64,000 nt of DNA from Takakia lepidozioides (taxonomy: Eukaryota; Plantae; Bryophyta). Within the stretch, counting starts at the first letter, position 1; every line of letters begins with the position of its first letter. Position numbers and translations under genes: made by a program. Below are positions 13,801-27,108 of this stretch, piece by piece. Under the pieces are notes generated by a model, which was not told the DNA's origin, ran no database searches, and saw only the letters and a list, made by a program, of their open reading frames with translations. The stretch covers positions 92,318,001 to 92,382,000 of the forward strand of contig CM060731.1 of NCBI GenBank assembly GCA_030704615.1. Direction: 5' to 3'.

Positions 13801-16800
13801 CAGGTGGTTCCCTTTCCCTAGCATAACAAAAACAACAGAACAAGGACACAGAAGCAACCTGGACAAGAAGTCCCCCATCGCGTAAGGTGTGGACCTCAGA
13901 ATCAACCTCAGAGTCATTGAGGATCAAGTGGTAGCTTCCAGGCCCCCCCTTTATCAACTCCACCTGCCAATATTTCCCCTCTTAGGTGGAATGAGGATTG
14001 ATAACAACATCTACTGTTCCTCCCCTGGTTGAAAGAGTAGCAAAGAGGTTCGCAGGATCCAGCTGCATTCTCTCTGAAAGAAAGTACAAACTTCACAAAA
14101 TCCGTTGTGCGCTAGGAGTGCCCATGTGGGGAGGGAGAGAGAGAAAAAGGAACTTGAACGTAAGAGGGGAAAAGAGAAAATGTACTCATGGGACACTACC
14201 TTTGAATATAACATATGATATCCCCCGAAAGTACTCCCTGTGGGATACAAACCTCCCAAAACCAGTTGTGGGCTTTCTAACTAAAAGTTAGGACTTGTAT
14301 AGACATCATATTAATAAACACTCTTCAGCACTGCTGCTTTATTCCCTAATCTGGATTAAGGCCAGAGAAAGAGAGGAAGTTGGTCAGACAGTATAAAAGA
14401 TGCAAGATACTTTCTGAATCTTGTTCTGGCAGATTGAATTTTTTTGGAGATAGGATCGATTCAAAACCAACAATGGAAAATATAGGCAAGTGTACATACC
14501 GTGTATTTGCTTCCTTCAATGTTGAGAGAGATGTTGAAGTTAACGAGCGAAATATTCTGCATTCACACACTTGGTCAAAACATGGAAGTCCATTCCTCCA
14601 TCAAGAAGAAATTCTTTAAGTGCCATCAAGGCACAGGCAACAGATCAACCCTCAATTTCACAATAACCACACAAGCAGAACTCTAAATACAGGATCTGTA
14701 ATGTGAATAGACATTTGACTACAGCTTTTAAAATCTGGAAAATCTGGAGCTCTATGTGTCAGTGGGAAGTTTCAACACAACATTTGCTGCATTTACAATG
14801 CTCCATTGCTCATAACAACAAGGGTAAGTAACTCATGGAAGTGTCCAACCACTATAAATAGATCGGTACAGCTTTCCAAGGTTGAACCCAGACTGCTGTC
14901 AATGGAGAGTCCAGAAAGAAATAGACCTTGGGAGGAATCTGGCCCTTCTCCAAATAGCCAATGTACTCTGATACCCTGGCTGCCGTTAGCATCGTTGCTT
15001 TCTGAAGACAAGGCACACCAAGGTTTATTCTTAGTCACCAGGTGAAATTTGTCTGTGGTCCTTCAGGCTTCCAGTGGACCAGTAGATAACAAACAATTTT
15101 TCCCTCCGCTCTCCCAGAAGACTACAGCAAGCGTCTCACCAGATATCTCTCCCACCAGACAGCAAACCTCCCCACATGATTTTCTTTTCAAATGGCACAG
15201 TCAGAACAACAGCACTACATAGAAGGGCCTCAAGCACAAAACTTACGTAGAGAGCACCCCCAACCACTGAGAGATGCCAAGGGGGCCTCTCTACACGAAC
15301 ACGCATTGCAATCCGGCTGTCCAACCATCCTGTGTGGATCTTGTTGTCTCTGTACTCAGGTGCCTGGTAACCCAAACCGGTAAAGTGACATATTAGCATT
15401 GGTCGGGATTTGTCAGACAAGTCACCCTACTACCCCAAGATCACATTTGTTGAAGCAATTTCAGAGGCCAATACACAAGTGAAAAATGTGGCATGGAAGA
15501 ATCGAACAAAGACAGCTGAAATACAAGTGTGAACAATATTAGTTCACGTCACTGGGTATTGTGACATTACATGCAAAAGGTCCACACTATAGTCAACATT
15601 GGTGCGGACCTCCCCTCGGATGTGCAGCTCCTTGAGCCCTAGCACCATGTTGGCTATTGCTGTAGCCCGGGTTTCACCCTGGGCAAAGACATGGCCTGCA
15701 CAAAATCAACTTGACCCCTTCATAAACCAGTCAAGCACTGGAGGTGGGAAAGAGGATAGCTCAATAGAAGTCTTTAGTCTTCTATAAGCACATACAATGC
15801 ACATGGCAATGGAAATTGACAGCAGAAATGCACACAAGAGTGAAGTGACCCACCAAATTGGGAGTCAGAAAACTCATGAATGCCTCCACCAGACTGCAGA
15901 CAAGAAAGAGATAACAAAATATTAGTGGCAGCAATACTTACATACCCCAAATCGCACACACACGCACTACATCCCCCTCTCTCTCTCCCTCTGTGTGAAA
16001 GAGTAGATCTTGGACTTAGCCCCAGTTTTTTCTTGTTTCTTTCTTTCTTCTGTCCCACAAGCTCTTTGAGCTTTCCGTGGACATTGTAGAGTTTATTTGT
16101 ACATCCAACAACAGTCCTCACTCTCTAGAGGAGACAATCTCGGCTACCTTGCGAGAGGAACAGCAACGGGCTTTCAAAGCCCTTAACATCAGGGTCACTG
16201 GGAAGCTAGGGAGCCTGGCAGAGGGGGACCCTCTTGACGCGGCCACCAACCTTATTCAGCAAAACCTTGCTCTACCAAGGGGAGCGAGTGGCATTGAAAG
16301 GGCCTGGCGTGCAGGATCTTCAGAGCACATGTCCTCTTCATTAGATTCAAGGACAAAGGTGCTCGGGATAGGGTCCTCAGACAGAGGCCTCAATTGAGAG
16401 GTCAGGGTATGTACCTCAACGATGACTTGACCCCTTTGCAATACAACGCCATGCGGGCGCAAGTCTTGCAGGTCAAGCAAGCTCGAGCTCAGGGGCACTA
16501 TGCCGTGTACCGAGATGGGAGGGTAATTGTCCGGGAGCACGAGCGTCGCCCCTCTAAATAGGGGTTGGGGCACCATGAGACCAACACACGCTCACATCTA
16601 CACATTGGCTCATGGAACTGTAATGGCCCATTGTGGAGTCACCCCCAAGGGCTTCTGGATATTCTTTCCAAGTGTGATGTTCTTTTTCTTTTGGAAACAC
16701 ATGCGTACGAAGCAAAGGACCCTCCTTCTATTCTCAGTTATAGCGTTCAGTCAGTGACTCGTCCACGTACAGGTCTCAAAGGATCTGGAGGTGTGGCTTG

Positions 16801-19800
16801 TTACTTCGCCGACTGGCTTCTCCCATTTATCTCCTTCCCATACAAAGACCCACTGGCAAGGTACATTTGGTGTCACATAAAAGGCTACAACATCCTGCTG
16901 GCGGGATGTTATTTTGCTCCAGCTGCATCTCCGCACAGTGGCCTACATATGCGAACAGATTCGCCATTTGTCCCATTGGAAGAGGATATGGCCCGTCTCC
17001 GTACCCCACACACGGACATTTTCTTGGTTGGAGATTTCAACGCCCGTACAGGATCACTACAGGCCCCCACCTTCGACCACACGGATCCTCTGCACATCCA
17101 ACACTCGCATATGGAATTGGAGAGGCAAAGCACGGATTCCTCTTGCGAAATCACAAGCTACGGTCACCATCTACTCAAGTTTTGTGAAACTCAGGGGCTT
17201 GCCATTTACAATGGAACAACCAATTTCAAATCCTCCAGCCAGTTCACTTGCCACACGTACAAGGGCCAGAGCGTGGTTGACTATCTCTTGGGGAACCCCA
17301 ACAAGTCTGATAGAATAAGCTCCTTTTACATCACGAGGTACCCGGATTCTGATCACTCTTGCCGTTCCTTTGCATTTCCTTCCATCTCCCTCCCCGTGAA
17401 GGTCCCCTCTGCTTCTCTCCCCTTACACCCTCGTATCCACTTTAATACCCCCTTCTCTCACTTACAAAGGCTACACATCCTACTCAAGCCCTTTGGGACT
17501 CAGCCCTGCGATCCTTTCCCGTCACCCTTGCATCTACCTCCTCACCCTTCTCCACTCGTCGTTATGCACCATTTTATGATGAGGAATGCAAAATTGCTAG
17601 ACGTCACATCAAATCTATACTACTTGATACCCATTCTTCTCTAGAGTCCACTAACCTTGCTCTTAAGCACTATAAGTCCCTCATTAGATCCAAAAAGAGA
17701 GCCTACACTCTCAAGTTGCAATCTTCTTTCCTTGCTAAAATAAGATATTCTCCTCCTTCTTTTTGGTCCCTCCTTAAACCTCATAGAGACCCTCCCCAAT
17801 CACTGACATTCACGTCTGGCATGAGTATGCCCAGTCTTTGTACCATTCCCCAACCCAAACTCCCTCTCCCATAACCTCCAAACCCCTTCACTTCTCTCTC
17901 TTTACTACGGCCATGTCAGCAAGGCAATCAAGAAGCTGCAAAATGGCAGGGCAGTGGACATTTCAGGACTTCAGAGTGAATTCATCAAGCATGCTGCACC
18001 TACTTTAGCCCCTTTTATAGCTCACCTCTTCAATGAGGTAGTGCAACGGGGCTTTCCAATTGAGTGGACAAAGAGCATCATCCACCCACTCTTCAAGAGC
18101 GGTGACAGGCTCGCACCGGCCAACTATCGCACTATTATGGTGTCCTCGTTACTTGCTAAACTGTTTGGGGCAGTAGTGGCCATGGAACTGGATGATTGGG
18201 CTGAGTCCTCTCACATTCGTGCTGAGGGACAGGCTGGTTTCCGTCGCAACAGATCCACTATTGACCACATTTTCACTCTTCAGGTTATGGTGGAACGTGC
18301 ATGCTATGACAAATGAATGGTCTATGTTTGCTTCGTGGACTTTCACAAAGCCTTTAATTCAGTTCCTCGGGGCCTTCTCTTCCAACGGCTCCATAGAGTG
18401 GAAGTCCCTCCAGACATCCTTTGTGCCATCTCTTCTATGTATGAGATTGTCACTGGCATGGTCAACGTCGCTGGTGAATTCTCAGCCGAGGTTCAGAGCA
18501 ACATTGGAGTCAAACAGGGCTGCCCCCTTTCACCTACCCTTTTCGGGATCTACATTGACACCTTGGAGAATTACATATCAAAACACCATGGGGTTGGGGT
18601 ACCATTGGATCGGGGTCCAACACAATCAGATCTCCTCTATGCTGATGATGTTGCCCTTTTGGCACAATCCCCGGTCTCCCTGCAACGCCATCTCCACATT
18701 TTGGATCAGTTCTCCAAAGACTATGGGATGCAAGTCAATCTTAGCAAGACCAAGATCATGGTCTTCAATGGCCAAGCTGATCGTAGATTCATCTTCAACC
18801 AGCAGGACATTGAGATTGTGAAATCATACCGGTACCTGGGTCTGGTTATCCACTCCCCCAAATTCCACTTTGCAGCCACTGCCCTGGACAGATTGACTAA
18901 AGGTAAGGCGGCCTCCGTCCGCCTTCAGGCCAAATGCAAGCAAATACATCTGCGTCACCCCCCAACCAAAAAGTGGCTGTTTGACACCGTCGACAGCCCT
19001 GCTACCATCTATGGTTGTGAGTTCTGGGCACCTGGTGTCCCTGTCTCCTAGTGGGAAAAGAATCTGGAACCATTGCAGTCATCTTTTCTCCAAGCAAAGC
19101 TTGGCGCCAGAAGCACAACTCCATCTCATATCCTAGGTGCAGAGTTCGCATGTGTACCATTGCAATCCGAGGCCCTCTTCCGGCTTACAATCTTTCTCCA
19201 TAGATTACAGGCCCTTCCACCCAAGGGGCTCGTGGCAAGGGCCCTCGCAACATCTATGAGGCTCAATGCTGCAGGTTTCAGGAACTCCTGGTATGCTCGA
19301 GTGGACAGTTTATTTCAACGCAACGGACTCTCTACTGCTTCCCTATTACCAATGAATCCAGATAAGGTGGACATCACATCCAGACATGACCGCAACAGAC
19401 TCATTAGGAGAGAGCTTATGGAATTACAGGTCAAGAGAACTTGGAAGCTACCCAATCTCACGACAAAGCTCCACTTCTATCGAGAGACATTCTTGGTGCT
19501 CCGAGATGATAGAATCTTGAGACCAAATTACCTTTCAGCATCCTTATCTCCTTCCCTCCTGAGGGCATTGGGGCGGTTCAGGGTGGGTTCCCACAACCTA
19601 CGGATAGAGACTGGCAGATGGGAAAACCTGCAACGGGAGGACCGCCTATGTCCAGCTTGCATAGGGCGCAGCCAGGAAATTGAAACTGAAGAACACTTCT
19701 TCTACTGCCCTCTATACTACGAGATCCCTGGGAGATTCCACTGTTTATTCAGTGGAACCCAATCTCTCACTGATGTCTTCCACTATGAGGATCAAAAATG

Positions 19801-22800
19801 CTTGGCAGCCTACCAGCACGAGGCCTTCACCCTTAGACAATCGCTAGAACATTAGTTCTTATTCTTGGGTTCTGGTTTTGTTCCTCTCTCATGTTTTCTT
19901 CCATTTTGTCTCATAAGCTCTATGAGCTTTCCGCGGACGTTATAAAGCACCATTTCATTTCATTTCATTTCTCTCTCCCCCCCTTCTGCATTAGAAAGTT
20001 TCTTTCTTTGTACACTTCCATGGCTACTTAATCTGCTCTTCTTTTTCGAAGATCCCTTGGACATTATTAAGTTCGGTTTCTTACTTTCCTTTTCCCATTG
20101 ACTACTGTGAATGGAATGATGGTTTTCCCCTATATCTTCTCTTCACTGGACAAATTTTCTTTTTTTTCCCTCTTCAGTTTTGATGATCAGAAATGCTTGG
20201 CAGATGACCTTCACAAGGAGGTGCAGGGGTTTAGGGCTGGTTTCTTGTCGTTGGCTCTGTGAGCTTTTCATTCACATTATGAGGTTCATTCTATGTCCCT
20301 CTCTCTGAATCCCAAGTGTCCCTCCCATTTTGTCTAGTAAGGAAGCTGACACACTTATAAAATACTGTGTATTCATCACCTTGACGGAGAAGTATGCCCA
20401 CACATTTGGTTTGCTCCTGAAGCTCAGCTCCTGCAACAGTTTCAGAACTCAAGATGAGGACCTTGACAGAGACCACAGAAAATATGAGTAGTGCAATCAA
20501 CCTGCGCTAATAACCATGTCCTCTGATTCCAAATATCAACCGCAAATCCACTCCATATTCTTGCAGATCCTACAATTCATCAGAGGTAGTGAAACCAGAC
20601 TAAAACCATATCCACATCTTACATAGAAGAGAGAGCAAGCAAGAGAGAGTTGCAGAGCAGGTTTCAAGCCCAGGTGCAGACCTGGACGCGACCACTAGTT
20701 GGTTTGAATCCATCATCGGGGTCTTCACTGGTCACACGGACAGCCACCACATGACCCTTGGGCTTCACAGACTCGGCTGTTGTAAGATCGAACAGGGTTG
20801 CTTCTTTGGCAGCTGTCTGCCACGAGTTATGGCCCCCTCCTGCCTCCTGACCAAAGAAGCGCCGGATTTCTGCAAATTTACCACCCAACCTCAATATAAA
20901 TAGCATGGGAGCAAACTCACTGAAGGAAAGAAAATGGATCTAGTTAATTGAGTGAGAGCAAGACTCCAGCACCCCTACAAGCAAGGCAGATAACTATCAA
21001 ATTGTGGATTAAACCAAAATTAATGTACTCCCATGCCCTGCACCCACCCCTTCTGCATCTCGTTTGTGGCGAACGAAAAGGAACCAATATCTTAGAGGTC
21101 ACAGGAGGCCCATCTCAAGAATTACACAAGGTTCATGTGATCTTTATTCTGTCACAATGCAATCATGAACCTAGTGACTGTTCAGTCAAAAATCCACAAC
21201 CAGACCCTAACCCCTACAATCATTGCAGAAGCTTCAACCTAATGACAAGCATGAAGTACAAAGACCATGCACCCTGAAGGGGATTCTGCTGAGAGAAGAA
21301 CAGGAAGGTTTCCAAGACACCTATGGTAGGCCCAGACGACCCATGGGTCACAGAGGAGACAGACAAAAACAGCATCATTTACCAGGCATGCGCCAGAGGG
21401 GGATGCCCATGCCAACCCCTAGCTGTGCTGAGGGCAAGTTGACTTCCGCTATCCATTCAGTTACTGGGTGCTCCACCTGTACTCACATAATCGACACGTT
21501 TGGATGTCACTCAACAAGGTTTCTACAGTATCTTGCTCTATTTTGACCTGCAATTTCACAGGCTGTTTGTTGATTGCATTTCACCTACTTGTCAAGGACT
21601 CACTGATGCAGACATCTCACAAATCACATTACCTGAAGACGTGGATTCAGTTCTAGAAAATAAAACTCGCCAGTGTCCATGCTGTACAGATACTCCACAG
21701 TTGCAGCCCCAACATAATTCACCGACTTGGCAAGCCGGCAAGCACCTTCCTCTAGTAGTCTCACTGTTTTGGGAGGCGCAATTGTGATGGGGCCTTCCTC
21801 AATTATCTGCCAAGCTTCAGGTTAGAAGGCAGAGTTCGAAGTTAAACAGCCCCCATAAGATGGACAAACTAGACGTAACTTGCTCACCAAACACCCCGCC
21901 ACTAGTTTCAATAGAGTCCTGCATCAAATCAGGGGCATACAGGCAAGACAATATAGAATGTACAAACTAGACTTTGCTTGCTCTCATCCTGGCAACCTGT
22001 TTCAATGGAACAGAAAGGGAGCTGCTGGTAGCTTGCTCAGTGAGACAAGAGACACAAAGAAGCAGAGACAGACAGATGATAGAAGCCCGATAAAGAGAGC
22101 ATGTAAACGCTGGTTTTCTTTTGCAAGAGAAGAAGAAATAAGAGACTTCATAAAGAGACAGATACAGAGAGAGAGAGAGAGAGTGAGAGAGACAGGGCTA
22201 GTCTGGTAAAGAAAGGATCTGTCTATTCTGGACTAGATCAAAAATTTATAGACAACAACAGTCTTCAAGGAAGGCACCATCACATTTCCTCTTGATCCAG
22301 ACTCAACATTTACTCCATATCCATCGAGGTGATCGGGGTGGGTGGTCGTGTGCCTGTATATGATCAAACATGACGTTTACCTCTGCCAGAGGTAGGCTGA
22401 ATGCTTCATGGTTTTTCATGAATTACTATCCTGCACCATGATAGAGAGTTGGAGATAGCTCTATGTAATGCAGATTGCTGCTATGTCAACCAGAATTGTA
22501 TTTTTGTTCAAACATCACCTCTATCATGTCTGTGCAACTTACCACATATACAGTTTGCAGGAAGTAGGACAGCTCAGATTCTGGATATGAGCTCATGATA
22601 AGATAATGTACCTCATAGTGATATGTAGTGACTACGCACTATATCACTAACCTAACAGAATGGAGGGGCAACCCACTGTTACGGTTTTCCTTTCATGACG
22701 TTTTCTCATAAGTAGTAGCACCATAACACTGGTAGCTCACTGCTAGTAAACAGCCTTGTCATATGATGAAGTGGGTACCACTTGGGTACAAACGTGCAAG

Positions 22801-23902
22801 GATCTAGGAGTAGATCAACCTGGGTGGCTGCCTCATCAAGGGCTGCCTTTTTCAACGCGGCTGAAGCCAACATCACTGGTACCTCAGGAAGCCAGCACCT
22901 GGAAGATACCTTAAAGTCTCTTCTTGTGAGAAAATGTGAGAGTAGTCTTTGTTCGACTATTCCTCCCTTGTTCATATAGGTCACTTGCCAGCATTGAACA
23001 TTAAAGGTAAACCAAGCCTGTTTGGAAAGCAGCCGCTGTATGCCCTAGCCGTTTTCACATAACATGTATACAAGCAGATATAGGAAGACAAAAAGCCCTA
23101 ATTCCACCGTGAAAGGATAATCATAGTAGCAAAAAATAGATTATCAAATTTATCCTTTATACAAGAAAGATTGCATTCAAAAGTATGAGAGAGAGAGAAT
23201 GTACTCATAAGACGTTGTTTGCCGTAGCCTTGTGGCCATTGACCCCGCGCCCAGTTTGAGCGGAACACAAAGGGACAGAACCTACCTTTGTCAGGGGCTG
23301 ACGTCGGTAGTAAGACTTACCTTGGAATAAGCAATTGATCCGGGTTTTCCTGATATCCTCTAGAAATCCCTTTACACAAGCATCAACCTGCTGTGTGTGG
23401 TTTGCCCAATAACTAGGCCCCAAAAGGGCCTGGGCTTTTTGCTCAGCCTCGAGACTTTCAAAGTTGGTAAACAGAGATACAGGCACAATTCCCTTGATAG
23501 ATTTGAAGAGAGTGTCTCTCTGGTGCCCGGACAATGAATCAGAAAATGGATATTGTCTTCAGGTTGCCCACACAACAGGCAATTGCACTCTCCCTTTCCT
23601 CTCTGCTTCTGTTCGCTGTTCAATGGTAGGCTTCCCGCCCTGAGTTTAAATTTCAGTCTAGTGCCCAGAGTGGGTAGACCCTTGAGGTCTTCCATGATGA
23701 GAGAGAGAGAGAATGAACTCATAAGACGTTGTTTGTCATAGCCATTGACCACGCGCCCAGTTTGAGCGGAACACAAAGGGACAGAAACTATCTTTGCCAG
23801 GGGCTGACGCCGGTAGTATGACTTACCTTGGAGAGAGAGAGAGAGTAAATGTACTCATAAGACGTTGTTTGCCGTAGCCTTGTGGCCATTGACCCCGCGC
23901 CC

Positions 23903-23933
<31 letters not shown>

Positions 23934-26692
23934 ACCTCCACAGAAGGCCTGAACGGCCTATGAACCAAAATAAACTTCCAAAGAGAGAATTACAGAGTCA
24001 ACAAATCTCCTGGATCTGAAAAGGGCCTTCAAAGAGTACTAACGACCAAGCCACAGAATCATAGAACAGAAGTAGACTGTGTCAAGCACAGTTCATTTCA
24101 TTTTAGACACCAGCCTTAGTGACAAAGTGACAGCAATAGCAGACTATACCTTTTGGTGGCGTCTTTGCACGCTACAATCGCGGCTGTGTAACGCCACCAC
24201 ATTACTGTACTGATCACACAGTAATTGCACCTCTAGATGGCGACTCTGTTCAGGACACACAGCAGCATGGAAGATAAGAATAGATTAATAGTACCATGCT
24301 CGACCACCTAAGGACCAATTATTAGGAGAGAACATTACTGCCAAAACTAGTTGCCACTAAGTAGTGCTTCTATCAGAGCTTATCAAAGGCTCAAAAGCAA
24401 ATTTAGCACGCATATGCCAACCTACGAATACCTCATAAAATTCCTGACCCTCCTAATGCTTACCTGAGAAGCAACTTTCATGATGAAAATGGGGGACCCC
24501 GGCACCTCACCCTGCACTTGCTTGAACAATGTTCTCACCTCATCGTCATTATGCACCTGCAACCAGACCAACACCAGCTATGAGCCCACAGCAGCACACA
24601 TCAACGAGACATCAAGGATGAAACAGGAAGGTGGGAGGATTTGGATAAGCAGAAGCAAGGTCAGTAAGTTGGTGTTATGAGGTCCCAAAACTGCACATGC
24701 CTCCAGTCTAAACAAACTTGGAGTTGATGTTTGTGTGATGGATAGAAGGACAAACCTTATGGACCTATAACCTGTGTTACTACAGAAACATTGAGATAAC
24801 TTCACTGCCTAGTGGCAATCGAGATTACCCAATTTCTCCAGAAATTGTCGGGGCCGTCCAAAAGGTGTCTAGACAGATGGGTGGAGATATCTCCAGTGCC
24901 AACACAACATACACCAGCTTATCTTGACATGGCTCTCTTTATATTTCCAGTCCTACCGTCTTTTATGCCTCCTCCATGCATGGGAAAGTGGAGTAGTGTA
25001 CCTTACGAATGCCTTTCCCACCTCCACCCCATGATGCTTTGATCATGGCTGGATAGCCAACTGCTTGACAAGAGGTCACAGCCTCCTCAGTGGTGAGCAC
25101 ACATGCCTGCCGGTAGAGCTCATCGGGTATGGAGTGTTGGCAGCTCTCAAAAGGTACATTCACCTGCAGCAAATGTATCATCGCTCAAATAAAAAAAAAT
25201 AACCTCCTTCTCATGAGTGTTCAATGTTTTGAACAGACACTCGCATCAAAACTCAGCATGGCTTACTGGACCATTCCTTTCCTGAGAGGAGTACTTTGGG
25301 TCCAGTTGAGATAGACTAGGCCTGCAACAACTGCAATAAGGTCTCCCCCAAGAGAGAGTGCTACCGAGGGACCTCTGCCACTGGAAGAGCTGACAGGCAG
25401 CTATGGTGCTAAGGACATAGTTAAGGACACCCAACATAGCTGGATGAAAAAGATCCAAGGGTGTATGGACATCATAAGGGTACTACTGGTACAATCACTG
25501 CCACTGTTGCACCTACCTATCACAGATGTAGCACATACAGGCGTGGTTGCATGGAGAAAAAAAGAATAGAATGAAAGAATTAGAGACATACATGAGAGCC
25601 GCTCCAAGGTAGAGTAGGAACACCAGCTGCCTGCGCAATGAGAGATGACCCGATTTTATCTCCTAACGCAGCCATGGGCCCTGATGGAGGTCCCAAAAAC
25701 ACTATCCCACGAGCCATAAGTGCATCTGGAAGCTCAGGATTCTCTGAAGCATGCCCCCAACCAGGCCAAACTGCCGCCACTCCAGTTCTTTCAGCAATCT
25801 GGACACATGCCAGTCCAACAAAATTGCTAGGCTACACAACTGATGATGCTCAAACCATCAAAGACAGTTATATTGGCCTAGGATGCCCCCCATTTGTTTT
25901 GGTTGTTCAATTTTTGGCTTTAGACTTCCATAAGCACATCTTGACAAAGTTATACTCATTTGTTCAAAAGCTCTTGAGATGCCCAAAAGAAACCAGGAGC
26001 TACCATTCACTGCCCAAACAGTCAACGTCATTCAATATCTAAAAATCCAAACAGTACCAGAACAGGAACAAACTTTGCACCATGGCAGTCCGTGTACATT
26101 CAGGAGGTCTTACTCAGCACTTCTAATCTTGTTTGCTGCATACCAGACCTGATATGAATTTGTCTGTATCTTGCAAATGCTCAACTCTAATCAATTCTTC
26201 CTTCTCACATTTGCTGCTGGATTTTACTATCTCGACATCTCTGACAACTGAGCACTCTTTTTCCAATATTTCTGTAGAAATTCAACTTCTTGACAAGTAT
26301 TCCTTTCGAGGAGGGTGCAGCTAGGTGCAGTAGAAGTCACAGACCTCAACAATCAGCTGGACGTTGGCATAATTATTATTATTTGTGCCTCCAGGGACTT
26401 CGACAAATTGGTCAGCCATACGAATGTGCTCTCCATTAATCCTCATGTCTTCAGGGGTGGCCATAGCCACAAGCAACACAGCCCTTTCCGCCCCGAAGCT
26501 CTCATAAGCCCAATTTCTGATGCTGCGGATAAATTTAACAGCTGCCATTCCATTGTTAGCAATCAAAATACTGTGAATTGGCTGGGTACCCCCCAGCCCA
26601 AAACAGTATTCCTCCACTTGAGAAACATTAGCCGCATTCTTCAACACCGATTTTCCGTTTGAAACAGCACTACCACCACCATTTCTGGCCAT
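40..26692 (-). CDS. ACC1: Acetyl-CoA carboxylase, homomeric multifunctional (BC-BCCP-central-CT), probably cytosolic; final exon lies left of the window
   Basis: 31 GT-AG exons traced in transcript order: 26345-26692, 25592-25798, 25002-25163, 24464-24556, 24150-24245, 21633-21806, 21383-21476, 20682-20869, 20380-20430, 15854-15893, 15571-15695, 15247-15363, 14927-15001, 14500-14556, 13859-13963, 13082-13168, 12731-12922, 12343-12531, 11665-11775, 9738-9830, 9427-9603, 9075-9152, 8797-8919, 7740-8015, 6987-7378, 4484-4721, 3974-4308, 3133-3358, 2655-2837, 552-2363, 40-399. Motifs: [52 protein letters not shown], biotin-attachment EVMKM, CT motifs [11 protein letters not shown] and [12 protein letters not shown]. 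Short N-terminus with no obvious transit peptide. Confidence 0.97.
5076..5119 (-). mobile_element. 44-bp extreme 3' fragment of the (TC)n-associated LINE family, with a 17-bp target-site duplication
   Basis: atgtactcataagacgttgtttgccgtagccttgtggccattga flanked by cctgtggaacatagaga at 5059-5075 and 5120-5136. Confidence 0.85.
5818..6352 (-). mobile_element. (TC)n-associated LINE 3' fragment with an inverted 5' segment
   Basis: 5818-~6150 matches the family on minus; ~6185-6352 carries the adjacent upstream part (DLKGLP...[13 protein letters not shown]...EDKIH) on plus. Further family fragments lie at ~6875-6940, ~8115-8285 and ~14178-14210. Confidence 0.8.
10587..11256 (-). mobile_element. 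Three tandem (TC)n-associated LINE 3' fragments
   Basis: Units start (plus strand) with aatgtactcataa at ~10587, ~10868 and ~11184, each preceded by (AG)n, and have variable 5' truncation. Confidence 0.88.
16100..19970 (+). mobile_element. LINE (APE endonuclease + RT + C-terminal CCHC-like motif), 5'-truncated in ORF1, RTEX/CR1-group-like, antisense in ACC1 intron 15894-20379
   Basis: ORF1 remnant ([17 protein letters not shown]...[16 protein letters not shown]); endonuclease motifs [33 protein letters not shown]; RT motifs [45 protein letters not shown]; C-terminal [15 protein letters not shown]...CPAC...EEHFFYCP; short 3' UTR and (CATTT)4 tail at ~19951-19970. No clear TSD. Confidence 0.92.
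16565..19855 (+). pseudogene. LINE ORF2 (endonuclease-reverse transcriptase), disrupted by frameshifts and stops
   Basis: ORF pieces 16565-17644, 17954-18316, 18317-19051 and 19073-19855; in-frame stops at 18314 and 19049; frameshifts in the 17450-17950 linker. Confidence 0.9.
19990..20290 (+). repeat. Degenerate LINE 3'-end remnants related to the 16.1-20.0 kb LINE
   Basis: gatcagaaatgcttggcag (~20185) matches the ORF2 end (~19790), and ctctgtgagcttttc...cattat matches its 3' UTR. Similar short remnants occur at ~16030-16095 (+) and on minus at ~5440-5490, ~5585-5630, ~8540-8660, ~10045-10140 and ~14040-14160. Confidence 0.55.
23198..23904 (-). mobile_element. Three tandem (TC)n-associated LINE 3' fragments (longest ~500 bp)
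   Basis: Units at ~23198-23697, ~23712-23832 and ~23848-23904 separated by (AG)n. The longest encodes [16 protein letters not shown]...[19 protein letters not shown]...[13 protein letters not shown], a LINE ORF2 C-terminus with a Cys/His knuckle. Confidence 0.88.
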
Positions 26693-27108
26693 GTGGCCTC
26701 ACAGAAATTCACTGACTCCTGTTCAGGACAGAGGGATTCAGATGCCAGGGAAACTTCTTGCTGGGTCTTAATTGCACTCTGAACAGTTTTATTCCTGTGA
26801 CTTCAATCACAGTTGATCCTCAACCAACAGTGAACCTGAAAAGATGCCAACTCCAGCTTCACCTGTACATTCAAAAACATTTTTTAGGTGTCAGAAGGAG
26901 TAAATGAATCAATTCCTGTGTCTACCCAAGTCAACACTCTACCCACAAATTCAGGTCCTCCCTATGTTCATCACCAGACGTTTAGGAGAGAACAAGTACA
27001 AAGCTCTTATTTAAATGAGCTTGCATTCAGCAAGTCCCATTAGGCAAATCCATGAGACTTACAGTTTGTCGGAAGCCGGAGGGAGAGAGAGTGTTGACAG
27101 AGGGAGAG

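Noticed and set aside
16030-16095. Direct repeat of the LINE 3' UTR upstream of the LINE, suggesting LTR-like or Penelope-like ends
   Set aside because: It is diverged, and similar remnants are scattered through other introns; better explained as an older independent 3' fragment.
22763-22865. Possible C/D-box snoRNA (ATGATGA...CTGA) in an intron
   Set aside because: Antisense to the host gene, no terminal stem and no recognisable rRNA guide.
658-26662. Numerous short ORFs antisense to or inside ACC1 exons and introns
   Set aside because: Shadows of the coding strand, microsatellite translations or LINE fragments, with no independent coding evidence.
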